A stretch of DNA of 64,000 nucleotides, taken from positions 29,264,001 through 29,328,000 of the forward strand of contig OX597828.1 in assembly GCA_951406725.2 (NCBI GenBank), in the 5' to 3' direction. Of the stretch, positions 53,105 to 64,000 are shown one piece after another. A program made the position numbers and the translations under genes. This DNA is from Octopus vulgaris. Taxonomy: Eukaryota. How positions within the stretch are numbered: the first letter of the stretch is position 1; each line of letters begins with the position of its first letter. The notes beneath the pieces are model-generated. The model had not been told where the DNA came from. It worked only from the letters and a program-made list of their open reading frames with translations, and made no database searches.

Positions 53105-54650
53105 AATTGATTTCTTACATTGGCACAAGATATGAAATTTGTAATGGAGGGTTATAATTGGATAAACTTGTTTAATTGTAGTGATGTATGCATTGTACAT
53201 ATTTTATCGATCCAACGACTCACCCGGAAGGACAAAACAAAAGCAGATACATGAACACTGCTCAAATGACAGCCAGATGTTGTATATTTTATTCACAATG
53301 AGTTTTACAATGTAAAATGGTTTCTAATTAGGCACAAGGCCAACAGTTTTGAGGGGAAGGATTCTTCTATATCATCGATCGCAGAATTTGACTGGCACTT
53401 TATTTTATCGACCTTGATTGGATGACAGGCAAAATTGACCTCGGCAGGATTTGAACTCAGAACCCAATAAGCCGGAAGAAATGCCGCAAAGCATTTTGCC
53501 CATTGTTCTAGCGATTTTTCCAACCCGTTTATGGTGTTAAATTGCAAAATAAAAAATTACAACGCACAAATAGTTCCCGAGATAAACAGATGACCGCAAA
53601 TTCTTCAGGGAGAGAGTTTATCGATTAAATTACCCGCAGTATTTAATTGGTGCTTATTTTAGTCAACAGCAGAAACATGGAAGTATAAAAGTTGGCCTTG
53701 GCGGGACTTGAACTCAGGGCATAAAGGAAACAAAATAAATACCGTAAGGCATTTTGTCCGTCAAACTTGGGGCTCTGGTATCCATTGCGTTTTTCATACA
53801 AAGTACTAATTGCTTCTCATTTAGACACGACAGATTTTTAGAGTAGGATTTGTAAATTAAATTAACCCCAGAATGTCATTTGTATTTTAATAAATCTGGA
53901 GGGATGATAGGCAAAGTTAAAGTTGCCAGGTTACAAATAACCAAAGAATACAAACAGCCAAAGCAAATATGAGATATTTTGTTCGATGCACCTACGATTC
54001 TGTCAGTCCACTGGTCTGCAGTACAGAATAGTAATGATTTAAAATTTTGGTACTCGGCCAGCAATTTCAGGGAGTGGGTAAGTTGATTACAGCGATCTAA
54101 GTGATCAACTGATACTTATTTTATCGACCCTTGAAGGATGAAAGGTAAAGTCAACCTCGACGGAATTTGAACTCTGAACGTAGAGACGGACAAAATGCTG
54201 CTAAGCATTTCGTCCGTCGTGCTAACGATTATGCTAGTTTGTCGTCTTACAACATAAAATAATAATGATTGCTGATTTGGGCAGAAGAGCATCAATTTTG
54301 AGGGGAGGGGCTTGACTGGTTCATTATTTTATCGATCCCGCAATGACGAAAGACCAAACTGTCGACAATAACGCGACTTGAACTCAGAAAGTACAAAACT
54401 GGAAAAAATACTGTAAGGTCTTTTTTTTGGCCGATGCCTTCACGATTCTAATAGCAAGAAATAATTATTATGATTTAGGTCAGCCGAGGGCAGAGGGTTA
54501 AACGATACCGTCAAGTAAGAATTTGACTGATACCTTGCTTATTGGGCCCTTAGAAATGAAAGGCAAATTTAAAGTTTTGAACACAAAAAGCCAGAGAAAT
54601 ACAGCAAAACATTTTTTTCCAGAGTTTTAACGATTCTGCGAAACCTCTGG
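53105..54650 (-). repeat. Head-to-tail array of about 7 decayed SINE-B-like units
   Basis: GGCACAAG..TTTT.AGGGG..TTTTATCGA..TTGAACTC..CATTTT recurs about every 220-260 bp, all in one orientation. Confidence 0.6.
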
Positions 54651-54778
54651 TACTCTTTTTGACGAGTGACAACACCACTAAGTTATGCAGAGATAAGAGA
54701 AACGGTCAATAGAATATAGCTGTATATATTACTGGTACCTAATTTGTCAAAATCAACGGAATTTGATATCGGAATTAT

Positions 54779-54861
<83 letters not shown>

Positions 54862-54995
54862 GCACACACAAAGCCAAAATGTACTGATATCAGTAATATA
54901 CACACGCATATATATTTATACGAATGTTAATATTCAGGTATATTATATGTTTCTACATAGAATAAATATTTGCATAAATAAATACTTATATATCG

Positions 54996-55034
<39 letters not shown>

Positions 55035-55273
55035 TGCACACACACAGAGACCCACTCACGAATACCTAGATATTAAGCATTACCCATATTGCTTATATTC
55101 ATTGATGCATAATTCTTTGCTTAGAAAAATACATATGAAATGTGAGGCGGTAATAAAAAACGTCCAATGTTGTGTAGGCGTAAATCCAATTTGTTCAATT
55201 CAGATATCTATGGATTTGCTAAATATAATCTAACAAAATATGTTATATAATACATATGAATATATATGTATAT

Positions 55274-55386
<113 letters not shown>

Positions 55387-56619
55387 CTGTTCAATCACTA
55401 GAACACATGGAGCGACATATTTATTAACGGCTTCTAGATACTTCTTTCATCTCAAAGAAGGTCGAAAGAATTATCATAAAAGAACTAAAAGGGAAAAAGA
55501 ATTGGTTTATATCTTCTAAATTATTGATATATAACATATCAATATAAATATGACAAAACTGTTTAAAAAGGCCCCCCCACCCCGCAATAACAAAAAGCAA
55601 AATTGACATGTTTTTTAAATATTCTTTCCCTTTTTTTTTTATTAGCGAATCGACAGAAAACTCCACAATAGAGTCTATTTTGAGAGGAAGAATTAAGAAA
55701 ATGGTCTCAGTAGTCGACTGGTATTTTATTTATAAATCTCCTAAGGCAGGGGTTCTCATGAGGCTGCGGGCCAGCACCGGCTCCGTAGATTATTTGACAC
55801 TTTGTCACACAGAAAGAATTTTATAATTTTATTTCTATTTTTATTGACAATCGCAGTCTGCAGAGCCATTCGACTAGAAATTTTTCAAGGCGGTGCCCCA
55901 GCTTTCGGACGATTTAATGACATCATAGTAGTGTTTTTAGTATAAGCTTCCCCACCCCATTTGATTTCGTCGCCGTTGCGAGAGTTTGTCTGCTACCCGC
56001 GGACAACATTGGAATTTTCCACATGGTAAGATATTTTCGACATTTTTGATAATTAGTTATTTTGGATATTGTTTAAGACTGCATTATGTGTATGAAACCT
56101 TAAAGAGTTAGTAGAATATCTCTCACGACCCTATAGAAATGAATTCTTGCGAAACCCTAGTGGTTTACTCTCAGTGTTTACATTTACGAGGGAAATGGGG
56201 GTCGGGGCAAGTTGACACATGTAAACAGGGCCACGTTGACAGAGTGTGTCAACTTGCCCCGGCCTATGATGAAGTTGTTGTAGGTTGCTTACATTGATTC
56301 ACAGACTGTACCTATCCCGTTTTAACTAAGAGTGTTTGCTATTTGATTCATGTCTGGTACATTGGATCAATTCATTGAATAATTTATGTATTGCTTGCTA
56401 TAGTTTTAGATCAGCTATCTTTATCTATACCAACCTATTCTATCGTCATACCGCTACCTACTTAGTCAACAGTTTGTCTACGGCCTCAGCTTTGTAACCT
56501 GTACCACTGATATATAAGCATGAAGTTATGCCGTGACCAGGCATGCTTGAAACTAAAAAGTAGGTAAACACTCAGAGCTTCGTTTTGCTTTCACTGTTGG
56601 ATTATGCAATGAGCTAAAT

Positions 56620-56885
56620 TGCTTTTTTTCTCCATCTCTCTTGAAGGAATCTATCCAGACTCCGTTTAAAGTTGGAGTCCTTTTCCTCTTTGATCTCTTT
56701 CGGGACAATGTTAAACAGGACAGGGCCTATATGCTGTGATCCTGAATTGGGCAGAGGACATATGGCCCGTGGTCCCAGCCTTGGATGAACCTTGAAACTA
56801 ATTTTCAGGTCGTTTGGGCAAAGTTGGCGGTATATTCTCCACATCGTACAAATGATGTACTGCTCGCGGCGGAGCTGGAGAGAGT
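56620..56885 (-). mobile_element. CR1-group LINE ORF2 C-terminal fragment
   Basis: YSLQLRREQYII, GPVLFN.VP.EI and FKRSLDRFL motifs. Confidence 0.7.
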
Positions 56886-57302
56886 AGATTACGTCGTTGA
56901 TTTCTTTCAACGTTGATTTTATTGTTAAACGTTGCAAAAGGCAGAAACAGAAAAAAATATTATAGAATAACATGAGGAAACGGTAAAAAGAGAAATCAAA
57001 CGGAAACCAAAATTGGTTCTGTTTTTTTTTACTTCATAGATATTAATTTGTAACATATGTTCTGTGTGTAAGACATCATATAACACTAGGTTTATACCGA
57101 AGCGCTGCTTTATTTATGTGTACATCTAGAATTCTATAAACTGTTTTTTAGTAACTAGATTGCTGCGATGCTAAGGCGCTGGCTTATTTTTATCGATTTC
57201 TGTTTAACGAATCTCTATGGTGCGATTTTAAAGTAAAAGCAAACAACTCGACAAGCTGTTGTAAATCGGCAAACATTAACGAGGACACGTACACCTACAT
57301 AT

Positions 57303-57361
<59 letters not shown>

Positions 57362-57574
57362 GGTCGTACATACATATATACATATCGTGTCCATGTGTGT
57401 GTGTGTGTGTGTTGTGTTGTGTTTGTCCCTATCCCGTTGCTCGACAACCTATGTTGGTTGTTTATGTCATCGTAACTGAGTGGTTCGGCAAAACAGAACC
57501 GATTGAATAATTATCAGCCTACGAAATAAAAAAAACTGGGGTTCGATTTCTTCGACTAAAATCTATACACACAC

Positions 57575-57669
<95 letters not shown>

Positions 57670-58213
57670 ACGCACACACACTCACACGTACGCACACACA
57701 CTCACATGCGCGCGTAAGCACACACATATATGCATAAATACGTACACACACGCATACACACACACACACACATACACACACACACACGTACGCACACACG
57801 CTCACACGTACGCACACACGCTCACACGCACTCACACGCGCGCGCAAGCACACACATATATGTATACATACGTACACACACGCATACGCACACATACACA
57901 CAAACACGCATACGCACACACATATTTATAATTGTATACATACGTAAACACACATACATACACATACGCATACACACACACGTGCGCGAACATATATGTA
58001 TACATACGTACACACACACACACGCATTCACACACATACACACATACGCAGACAGATTTGTATATGTATACATACGTACTCACACGTACACATACATACG
58101 CACACACACATATTTATATATGTATAAATACGTAAACACACACACAACATTCACACATACACACACACACATACACATACATATCTATATATGTATACAT
58201 ACATATATGGCGC

Positions 58214-58611
58214 AGGCGCAGGAGTGACTGTGTGGTAAGTAGCTTGCTAACCAACAACATGGTTCCGGGTTCAGTCCCACTGCGTGGCATCTTGGGCAAG
58301 TGTCTTCTGCTATAGCCCCGGGCCGACCAATGCCTTGTGAGTGGATTTGGTAGACGGAAACTGAAAGAAGCCTGTCGTATATATGTATATATATATATGT
58401 ATGTGTGTGTGTGTTTGTCCCCATAGCATTGCTTGACAACCGATGCTGGTGTGTTTACGTCCCCGTCACTTAGCGGTTCGGCAAAAGAGACCGATAGAAT
58501 AAGTACTGGGCTTCCAAAGAATAAGTCCCGGGGTCGATTTGCTCGACTAGAAGGCGGTGCTCCAGCATGGCCGCAGTCAAATGACTGAAACAGGTAAAAG
58601 AGTAAAAGAGT
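58214..58611 (+). mobile_element. SINE family A, full length
   Basis: Matches the family consensus. Confidence 0.88.
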
Positions 58612-58621
58612 ATACGTACAG

Positions 58622-58662
<41 letters not shown>

Positions 58663-59429
58663 TACACACACTCGCACACACAACACACACACACACAATC
58701 GCTTAGTCAAACATCAACCTCCATGATGTTTTTCAGATCTTCCAAGAATGACGGAAAGAAGGGAGGACGTTTGTCCATCAACCCGGAGAGATGGATTAAA
58801 TGCTTACAACAGAATATAACCCGCTAAGGACGCTCCAGCACCTAGCAGGGATGCTAACCGAGTGGCAGATTGAGTCACCATCCAAGAATAGGAAGTGTTC
58901 CATCGGCAGGCTTCTACATAAGTTTCCACCTATGAAATGCCTCGCACAAGCCGTTGGTTCAATCTGAGTCTGCAGTAGCTGTTACATGCCAAGATGCGAT
59001 GCCGTGGTTACGAACAGAATTTACAGCGTTGTCTGCGATGGGCTCAGAAAGTTAACAACGGTAAATAGTAATGTCCTTATCCTTAGCAAATACATTAACC
59101 ACCAAAGTGGAACCGGTATGAGACGTCTTGGCGTCTTGGCGTTTTGGCACAGCCGTCCTGGCCCCTACTTATTGGGCGGTGCCGATTTGACGCTGATTTA
59201 TTTGACATTAAGCGTTTTAATGTCTCTCCTTCTGTTCCCGTCCCGTTCCCCCCTCTTCTCATCGCCTCCCCCTGTTTATGTGTGTGAGTATATTTCTCTT
59301 TATATATTTGAGGAGAGCGAACATATTTTTGTCAGTAGCGTTTAATTAATATGTTGTTATGCTTCAATTTACCCCCTCTCTCTCTCTCTATGTATCTACA
59401 CATATTTCTGTGCCCGTGTGCGTGCGTGT

Positions 59430-59515
<86 letters not shown>

Positions 59516-59852
59516 CAAAAAAGTACCGTCGCCAAAACAGGTTCAATATCTAGTCTGCCGTGCCAAATTGCCAGCGCTCAAACAATCGCCTTCCAATCGT
59601 CAAATTCCGGGTCAAAACTATTGGCTAAAAAACTGAATTGAAATGAATACTGGTTGTTGTTACCTTACTCCTATCTAACCCTACTCGTCATTAAGACATG
59701 CGGTGTTGCACTATGCCCTAGTGTATCTACATGCCATTAATAATATGCGCGTTGTACAGTACTGTGCAGCAATGTACTGTGGAAGGGACTTGGTGGCAAA
59801 ACTGTCGTGTAACTTCTATGTTCTCTTTAACGGTGTTCGCCATTATTATACA

Positions 59853-60072
59853 TACAAAGGAGTGCTGAAAGGTTTTTGCCTTTAAGGGTGTCGCGAAAGG
59901 CCTGGCTGGGGGTCCAACTTTCCGAGTTCTTTTACAGGACTTAGAAAAACTGAAGGACCGCTGCAGTAAATGTATGAACCTGAGAGGGGGATATGTTGAA
60001 TAAAATCTTAATTAACTGATCCTCCTGTATTTTCTTTTACCCAAAGCCAGGAACTTTTAAGTTCCACCCCAT
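59853..60072 (+). mobile_element. mariner-derived MITE
   Basis: Degenerate TIRs GTGCTGAAAGGTTTTTGCCTTT / AAAGCCAGGAACTTTTAAG. Internal remnant RCSKCMNLRGGYVE* of the mariner C-terminus. Confidence 0.6.
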
Positions 60073-60563
60073 CCTACTGTATGTACTCTGCTTTACTGTA
60101 CTTCACTGTACTCAGATGTTCTGTTTAACAGTGTTTACCATCAGTACATGTGCTGTAATTGAGTGTATGTGATGTGTATAACATGTACATTATACAGTAT
60201 ATTATAGTCTACTGTATTGCGCGTGAAGGCGTGTGGCCTTGTGGTTAAGCAGTTGCCCTCATGATCATAAAAGCGTGGGTTCATTTCCTGGATCGGGTGT
60301 TCTTGAGTAGAACGCTTCATCTCGCGTTGCTCTGCAATCATTTCGGCGTCTGACGTGTTTGTACACCGTGGCACCTGTTCAGGAGACGTCGATTTGATGG
60401 AGGGAGACAGTGTGCTAATGTACAGTGCAAACATTTGATCACTATAAAACAAATCATCTACGCAGGCTGTTTTGCAAGAAATAGTGGAATCCTTATCAGT
60501 CATCTGCGACAGGGGAGTTCACCCCACAACTGAAAAAAAAAACCAAAACAAAAAGAAAAAAAA

Positions 60564-60726
60564 CGCAGGAGTGGCTGTGTGGTAAGTAGCTTGCTTACCA
60601 ACCACATGGTTCCGGGTTCAATCCCACTGCGTGGCATCTTGGGCAAGTGTCTTCTGCTATAGCCCCGGGCCGACCAATGCCTTGTGAGTGGATTTGGTAG
60701 ACGGAAACTGAAAGAAGCCTGTCGTA

Positions 60727-60797
<71 letters not shown>

Positions 60798-61008
60798 TTG
60801 TGTGTCTGTGTTTGTCCCCCTAGCATTGCTTGACAACCGATGCTGGTGTGTTTACGTCCCCGTCACTTAGCGGTTCGGAAAAAGAGACCGATAGAATAAG
60901 TACTGGGCTTACAAAGAATAAGTCCCGGGGTCGATTTGCTCGACTAAAGGCGGTGCTCCAACATGGCCGCAGTCAAATGACTGAAACAAGTAAAAGAGTA
61001 AAAGAGTA
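60564..61008 (+). mobile_element. SINE family A, full length
   Basis: Matches the family consensus. Confidence 0.88.
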
Positions 61009-61139
61009 ATAGAAACAAACGATTCTGTGAAAAGCCATTGATATCAGAATCTGTCTACATTCTGTTTAGCAATGCTGGTCATTAATACATGTGTTACATT
61101 GTAATAGTTTGTATATGAGGAATCATATACTAAGGCTGT

Positions 61140-61335
61140 GAAACGTTAGCACGCCGGACAAAATGCTTACTGGCATTTAGTCCGTCTTTACGTTCTGAAT
61201 TCAAACGCTCCGAGGTCAACTTCGCCTTTCATCCTTTCCGGATCGATAAAATAAAGTACCAGTTGAGTACTGAGGTCGATGGCATCGACTAGCCTCCTAT
61301 CTCCAAATTTTAGGCCTTGCGCCTACTAGAAAAGG
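61140..61335 (+). mobile_element. Older SINE family B variant
   Basis: Core GCCTTTCATCCTTTCCGGATCGATAAAATAAAGTACCAG with an alternative tail. Confidence 0.7.
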
Positions 61336-62981
61336 GTCATGAGGTACCGTGGAAGGTGATTAATGACAGAACTGTAGCCAGGCTTTCAGTTTAGCGGTGT
61401 TCGTCATTAATATAGGCATCGTATTGCATATACTGTGTAAAGATGCGTCACCTAACGGTTAGGATGTTAAAATTACGATCGTAAGGTTGTAGTTTCCTTC
61501 CTCAGGCCGAGCGGTGTGTTGTGTTCTTTGAGCAAAATGCCTTCATTTCACGTTGCTCCAGTTCACTCAGCTGCAACTGAGTTCCAGCAATAACTGGGAA
61601 GTTAACCCTGAGACACACCGTCCTCCCGTTCAAGCTGGGAACTGTCCTACTCTCGGTCCCTTATGCGCCATGAATAACAGGTTAATATCCAGTCTCATTT
61701 AACCCTAGGAATGACTGACCTGAGTGATGTGATTCTATTTATAGTAATCCACTGTAATATAATGTGGAAAACAATTGATGGAAGGTGTGTAGTGTAACTC
61801 CTACATTCTATCGTACAATGCTCGCTATTAACAATTGTATTGTGCTGGATGATTGACTGCAGAAGCACAATGTGTCTTTCTTGGTTCGATTTAGCGGTGA
61901 TCACCATTAAAACATGTTCGAAGGATTTCTGATTCAGACAAAAGGCCAGCAATTTTGAGAGGAAGAGAGGAATTTTTTTTGATATCACCAACACTCAATA
62001 CTTGACTTGTACTTTATTTATCGACCCCGAAGGGATGAAACGCAAATTTGACCTCGGAAAGATTTGAACCTTGAACGTAAAGAGCTGGGAGAAATACAGC
62101 AAAGCATTTTCTTCGCAACGAGCTGGGGGAATCGTTAGAGCGTTGGGGGGAAAAAAACATACTCAGCGGTGTTTGTTCCGGTTCTTTATGTTCTAGGTTC
62201 AAACCCCACCAAAATCAACCTTGCCTTTCAATTTCTCAGGGTCGATGAAGTATCAGTCAGGTCCTGGGGTCGACGGTGACGACTGATGCCCTTTCCTTCA
62301 GACTGCTGGCATTATGCGTGATTGACGGCAGATTTGTAACTGGGCCTTCTATCCTCTATATAACGATGCTCGCCATTAATACGTGTAGCCTTATTAATCA
62401 TTGAGTCATTCACCACTGATCCGGGATTAACACGGTTCACTCAATTGTGAATCATGTTACGCTTATCACGAATCTATCTGTGATAACACGGATCGCGCAG
62501 AAACTCACTGCAGCAATTACCCACAATGCCACGCTACCCAGAATGCCCTGACTGTCGCTTCTGCTTACATGACCCTGCTGCAAAACTACATTTTTTTAAT
62601 GTACTGATTTACGTACTCGTACCCTACAAAATGGGAATGCGAAGGCATCTGATCTTAACAAACGACGCAGACGAGTGTATTCGCTGAAAGGAAAGGTTGA
62701 GAGAATTAAGGAAATACGTCGCGATGGAAGCTTGGCTCTAGAAGACTCAGTCTCCACAATTCTCTCAGGAATAGCGGGCGGAGAAAATGGATGGATGGAG
62801 AAGAGGACACCAAAGTAGCATCGGGAGGAGCAAAGAATGGTTAGAATCTATAGTCGTGTTCTTTAGAGTGTCAGTCGAAGTCAAAGACTTTCGTTATCTG
62901 TTGCACGGCGTTTTCACGGTTCCGGAATGTATGTTTCAGTTTGCATGTGCTTGAGTCAGGTGTGAGTGCGCGCATTTGAGT

Positions 62982-63039
<58 letters not shown>

Positions 63040-63180
63040 CTTTATTCACCACAAGGTTGAGAAAAAGAGGGGACAATACGGGGACAGACAAAACAAACGT
63101 TGGGGTCATGAAAGTATGAATAAACAAACAATTAGAATATATACAATTAAATGAGAATGAGTGATTAACAAAAAATGAAG

Positions 63181-63253
<73 letters not shown>

Positions 63254-64000
63254 CGAGAGAGAGAGAGACTGGTGGCGATGGTAGCGAGGAAACTTAAGCT
63301 TGAATGCGTGTTTGAAGAGAAAACACCGTCCCTAATATGTTTGTTAGTGTTGTTGTTGTCGTTGTTTGGCCCCTGGTCAACCCGGATCGAGCAGATCACT
63401 GATTAAAAGCATTCACGCCTAGCCATCTCGTCTTTTTAACCCCGATGGTCAAAGGCATGACCGTCCCAACATCTTTTTCGAGAAGCCTAGGGCCACATTG
63501 TGTCCTTTCCTTATTTCGATATGTAGATTAGATACTATTTGAGGAAGGTTGGGTTGCTCTACCTTGCATGCCGAGTGACTGCGCAGAGGCTCATCCATTG
63601 GAAAGGGGGCGTTGTTGGGAGTAATGGTGATAACGATGATGACGGGGTGACAGTGATGTTGATGATAGTTATGGTGATGTTGTTTAACCCCCAGGTAAGT
63701 CGTGATCGAGTAAACCTATGACAAAAGGCACTCGGGTCTCGAACATCCCTTCTAGGATTACATTATCAAATGTGCTCTCTTTAAAAGGATGGCTGCGTGT
63801 GATTTGACGAAAATTTGGCAGCTATTTCTAGCATCTTTGAACGGCTGTTTACAGACTGCCCTGTTTGATGGTGATGGTGAGGATGATACTTGATGATGAT
63901 GGTGGAAGTGTAAATAATACCGAAGATAGCAGATAGTGATGCTGTTATTATTGTTTTCTTTTCTTTCTAATTTTGGCACAAGGCCAGTAATTTTTTTGAG

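Overview
Eukaryotic, AT-rich, microsatellite-dense genomic DNA, most likely cephalopod (Octopus-like; inferred from the tRNA-derived SINE families and the repeat landscape). The only host gene I can support is the 3' end of UBE2J1 on the + strand (exon 1490-1610 and a greatly expanded terminal exon 5219-6505). The rest is transposon-derived: three SINE families, RTE, CR1 and Tx1 LINE pieces, mariner, hAT, piggyBac and Tigger MITEs, non-autonomous Helitrons, and Penelope-like foldback inserts with hammerhead-ribozyme motifs. The most striking structure is a 19,665-bp segment (15348-35012) with near-identical 265-bp terminal inverted repeats and an exact 8-bp target-site duplication (CGCTAACC). 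It is nested in a related MITE, which is itself nested in a hAT MITE. It has no recognisable transposase and carries an ORF-intact Tx1 LINE fragment fused in frame to an 872-bp (GGTTC)n array, an old RTE LINE with a ~75-bp TSD, Helitrons and a cluster of DNA palindromes. All calls were made by eye; no searches were run.
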